Of a stretch of DNA of 64,000 bases, positions 61,365 through 64,000 are shown in pieces. Position 1 is the stretch's first letter; every line of letters starts with the position of its first letter. Source of the stretch: Eledone cirrhosa (lineage: Eukaryota); NCBI GenBank assembly GCA_964016885.1, contig OZ024744.1, forward strand, positions 77,004,001-77,068,000, written 5' to 3'. A model generated the notes under the pieces. It was given only the letters and a program-made list of their open reading frames with translations, ran no database searches and was not told the origin of the DNA. The position numbers and the translations under genes are program-made.

Positions 61365-61365
<1 letters not shown>
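60230..61365 (+). mobile_element. Retrozyme-like partial tandem repeat (period ~684 bp) with two co-oriented HHRs
   Basis: 60230-60682 is repeated at 60913-61366; HHRs at 60303-60386 and 60987-61070; no coding signal; ends in (TA)n. Confidence 0.82.
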
Positions 61366-61437
<72 letters not shown>

Positions 61438-61708
61438 TGGATGCAGTAAAAACTAGTGACACCATAACTCACCAGAGTACTAGATATTTGGGGTAGTAGA
61501 GTGAGTAATATGAAGGATTCGGGATCCCGACGGCTGACCTCCTACCGTTAGAACAGATTCTGTTATACATATATATAAATTATAAAGTGAAACAGTGAAA
61601 GTAAGCGAGAGAATCATATGTCAAGCTAAAGGTATATAGGCAGAGTATTAATATAAAAATTAATTGTTAGAGAGTACAATACCAAATTCTTGAACAAATA
61701 TATTTATT

Positions 61709-61834
61709 GGTTTACAATTCTTTTCAGAAATCATATCAAAATTCAGTTCATAAAAATGAAAATTATCGATTATATACTCGATAAGAACAGATGATAATAA
61801 AACTGAACTAAGAAATGACCTCACCTTCAGAAGC
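61709..61834 (-). ncRNA. Decayed HHR with 98-nt stem II
   Basis: CTGAAGG-TGAGGTCAT..GTTCAGTT..TTATCGA.TCGATAA..AACTGAAT..ATGATTTCT-GAAA..TTG-TA. Confidence 0.55.
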
Positions 61835-62289
61835 AAAAAGAAAATAAACATAACATTCAAAAATACATGTCACTGATGGTGGGGACTACATAACACATGA
61901 AAAGCAACCCGTACCCCTTATAATTCGAAGGACCAAAACAGAATTAAAATACATTCTAAATTCAAAGAAGTTAACCGTTTAAATAATGGAGAAAATATAA
62001 AACAGGAAGTAACCGGGTATAAATAGCAAGGGGCATAAATACGATGAAAATGAGACAATTTGGTGAAAAATCTTTAAAATTTGTTCTTAATAGAATTTAC
62101 TGTTGATATACTAAGGAGATATTTAATAAAGAGATGAGAGGTAATACTATTATTCTTTAGAATAAAAAATAAATATATTTGTGAAAAGAGATAGCATGCA
62201 ATATTACTCAAGAGAGTTAATATGAGGTATCATTACGAATAAAATAATTAGAGGAACTAATGTATATTATATATTATTATAGGGGGCAG

Positions 62290-62790
62290 AAGTGCTGCAC
62301 CCCACCGACAAGACGGCAAAAGCATTCCTCCCCGAACGGTGGCCAGTGACACCTGCTGCAGCAGCCACCCAACCTCGCGGGGCTCCTTCCTCAGACGTCC
62401 CGATCTTGCGGAGGAGTTCGGCTGTACAGAGTCCAAGTACGCCTGAGGTCTCGGCATCGGTGCGAAGAGGAAGCGACCGAACAAACCCCGGTATTTGTTT
62501 ATTTTACGTTCTTCTGCGAGGCGGGCTGCGATGCCAGGGTTTGTGGCCGAAGCGACTAAGTTGTAGGCAGAGAACGTGTCACAGCTGGTGGCGTCCCATA
62601 TGAGGGATCTACCTCCTTCGAATGGGAAGAGGGTGATTCCATCGGGGCGCTTGCCATCTCCAAGGTCTAGGCCTGCTGGCTCCAGTTGAGATAGAAAGCC
62701 AGCTGCGTCCAGGCCTCTTCTCAATATATCGTTGAGAGCAGCGTGTCGGGGGAACTGGCCTGTGCTCTGGCGACAAGACAGAGGGGCAGA
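62290..62790 (-). pseudogene. CRE-clade non-LTR retrotransposon C-terminus (restriction-like endonuclease)
   Basis: RHAALND..EP..L..GDGKRPDG..WDAT..DT..AE.RK..KY..Q.VSLA.VRG. Confidence 0.8.
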
Positions 62791-63486
62791 CCAAACTTGT
62801 CAACAACCACGCAGCGGGGGGAATTACTACGGTTTCATCTTGCCAAGTGTTTTTAAAACAAATGTTCTGTAAGAACAAAATGGTAAGTGATGCAGTCAAA
62901 ATTTTAAGGATTAACATCCCCCTAATTGTTCTACATTGTTAGATAACCTTCTCACCTGACCAAAAGCTAATCAGTGAAGAAGTAAACTAAATTCCTCCAT
63001 TCCCCTTTTGTCATCTGTAGAATCCCATATAGAAGTAGCTATATGTAGCGACCATTTAAATCATTAGTTTCAAAAAGAATATATATAAACTATTATAAGT
63101 ATAGGTATAGGTATCAAGTACTCTTTCGCTTGTTTGAACATTAATACGTGTAAATGTATACAGAGAAAGAGAGAAATGTATACAGAGAGGATGTAGGGGA
63201 GTAGGGGAGAGGGGGTTAGAGATGTATGTAGATTGGCAGGTAGGTAGATCTGTAGGTTAGCCAGACAGACTGACAGATAAACGGGTAGGATGGTTTGGAA
63301 CCACTTTTTGTCTGGACAAATTTCGAGCGGGAACTTAAAATTCCCGTGGCCATTGACAAGTTTACTGAGTGACATATATCAGGCGTTGAATGTAACCACG
63401 GTCACTTTGATTATTTACACTGCACTTTCTACTGGTGATATCTCTATTTTGGGAGATATCGCCAGCATTATTTTGCTTAAATCCAA

Positions 63487-63708
63487 GGGCGGTAGATTGG
63501 CAGTATCGGTAGAGGGTCGGACGCTATGCTTTGCAGCATAGAGTTACGGCCCTTTATGATCTGAGTTCGAATCCCGCCGAGGTTAACTTTGATTTTCATC
63601 CTTACGAGCTCGATAAAATAAAGCACCAGTAACGTACTGGGGTCTATTTGATCGACTTTCCCCTTCCCCCCAAATTACTGGCCTTGTGCCTATAGTAGAA
63701 ATCATTAT
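63487..63708 (+). mobile_element. tRNA-derived SINE family 1 with TSD
   Basis: CATTATTTTGCTTAAATCCAA at 63466-63486 and 63703-63723. Confidence 0.9.
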
Positions 63709-64000
63709 TTTGCTTAAATCCAACCCTAGTTGTGGCTTCTAATAGAGATTCAAGTGTCAGTGATGGTGCCAAACTGAAACATCAGTTCATATCTATTCAA
63801 GAGAAGGTTGAACTATTGGAAAAAAAAAAGAAAGAAAAAAAAACCCAATCTAAACTATAATAAAGTAAGAAGCGTGGGACTGCGTACGGTTTATAATTGT
63901 TTATCCCTAGGGTAAAATAAGTTGGATTACTTTGAATAAATAATGAATGAATATTACATAATGTATCTACTAAATTTTGTGGCTGTTCATTAAATATATT

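Overview
Repeat-saturated, AT-rich animal genomic DNA. The tRNA-derived SINEs and huge (TA)n/(CA)n/(GA)n/(TATG)n tracts resemble an octopus or other cephalopod (inference). Almost all ORFs in the track are microsatellite noise. Recognisable coding remnants are retroelements: four Penelope-like elements (PLEs; RT and/or C-terminal GIY-YIG), two RTE LINEs, a head-to-tail array of three Tx1/L1 elements joined by GATA repeats, and R4/Dong-like and CRE-like fragments. Non-coding repeats include two non-autonomous Helitrons, pogo/Tigger-type MITE ends and SINEs. One orphan 269-aa ORF remains unexplained. The main signal is a dense ribozyme system: by eye I find about 34 type I hammerhead ribozyme (HHR) motifs in about 18 sequence families. 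Most sit in non-coding fold-back elements inserted in (TA)n, with the layout (TA)n-[inverted HHR segment]-[body-HHR-short tail]-(TA)n. Several have unusually long (39-115 nt) stem II inserts, and one 684-nt direct-repeat unit has a retrozyme-like two-HHR architecture. All folds and boundaries were read manually, and none of the ribozymes is tested.
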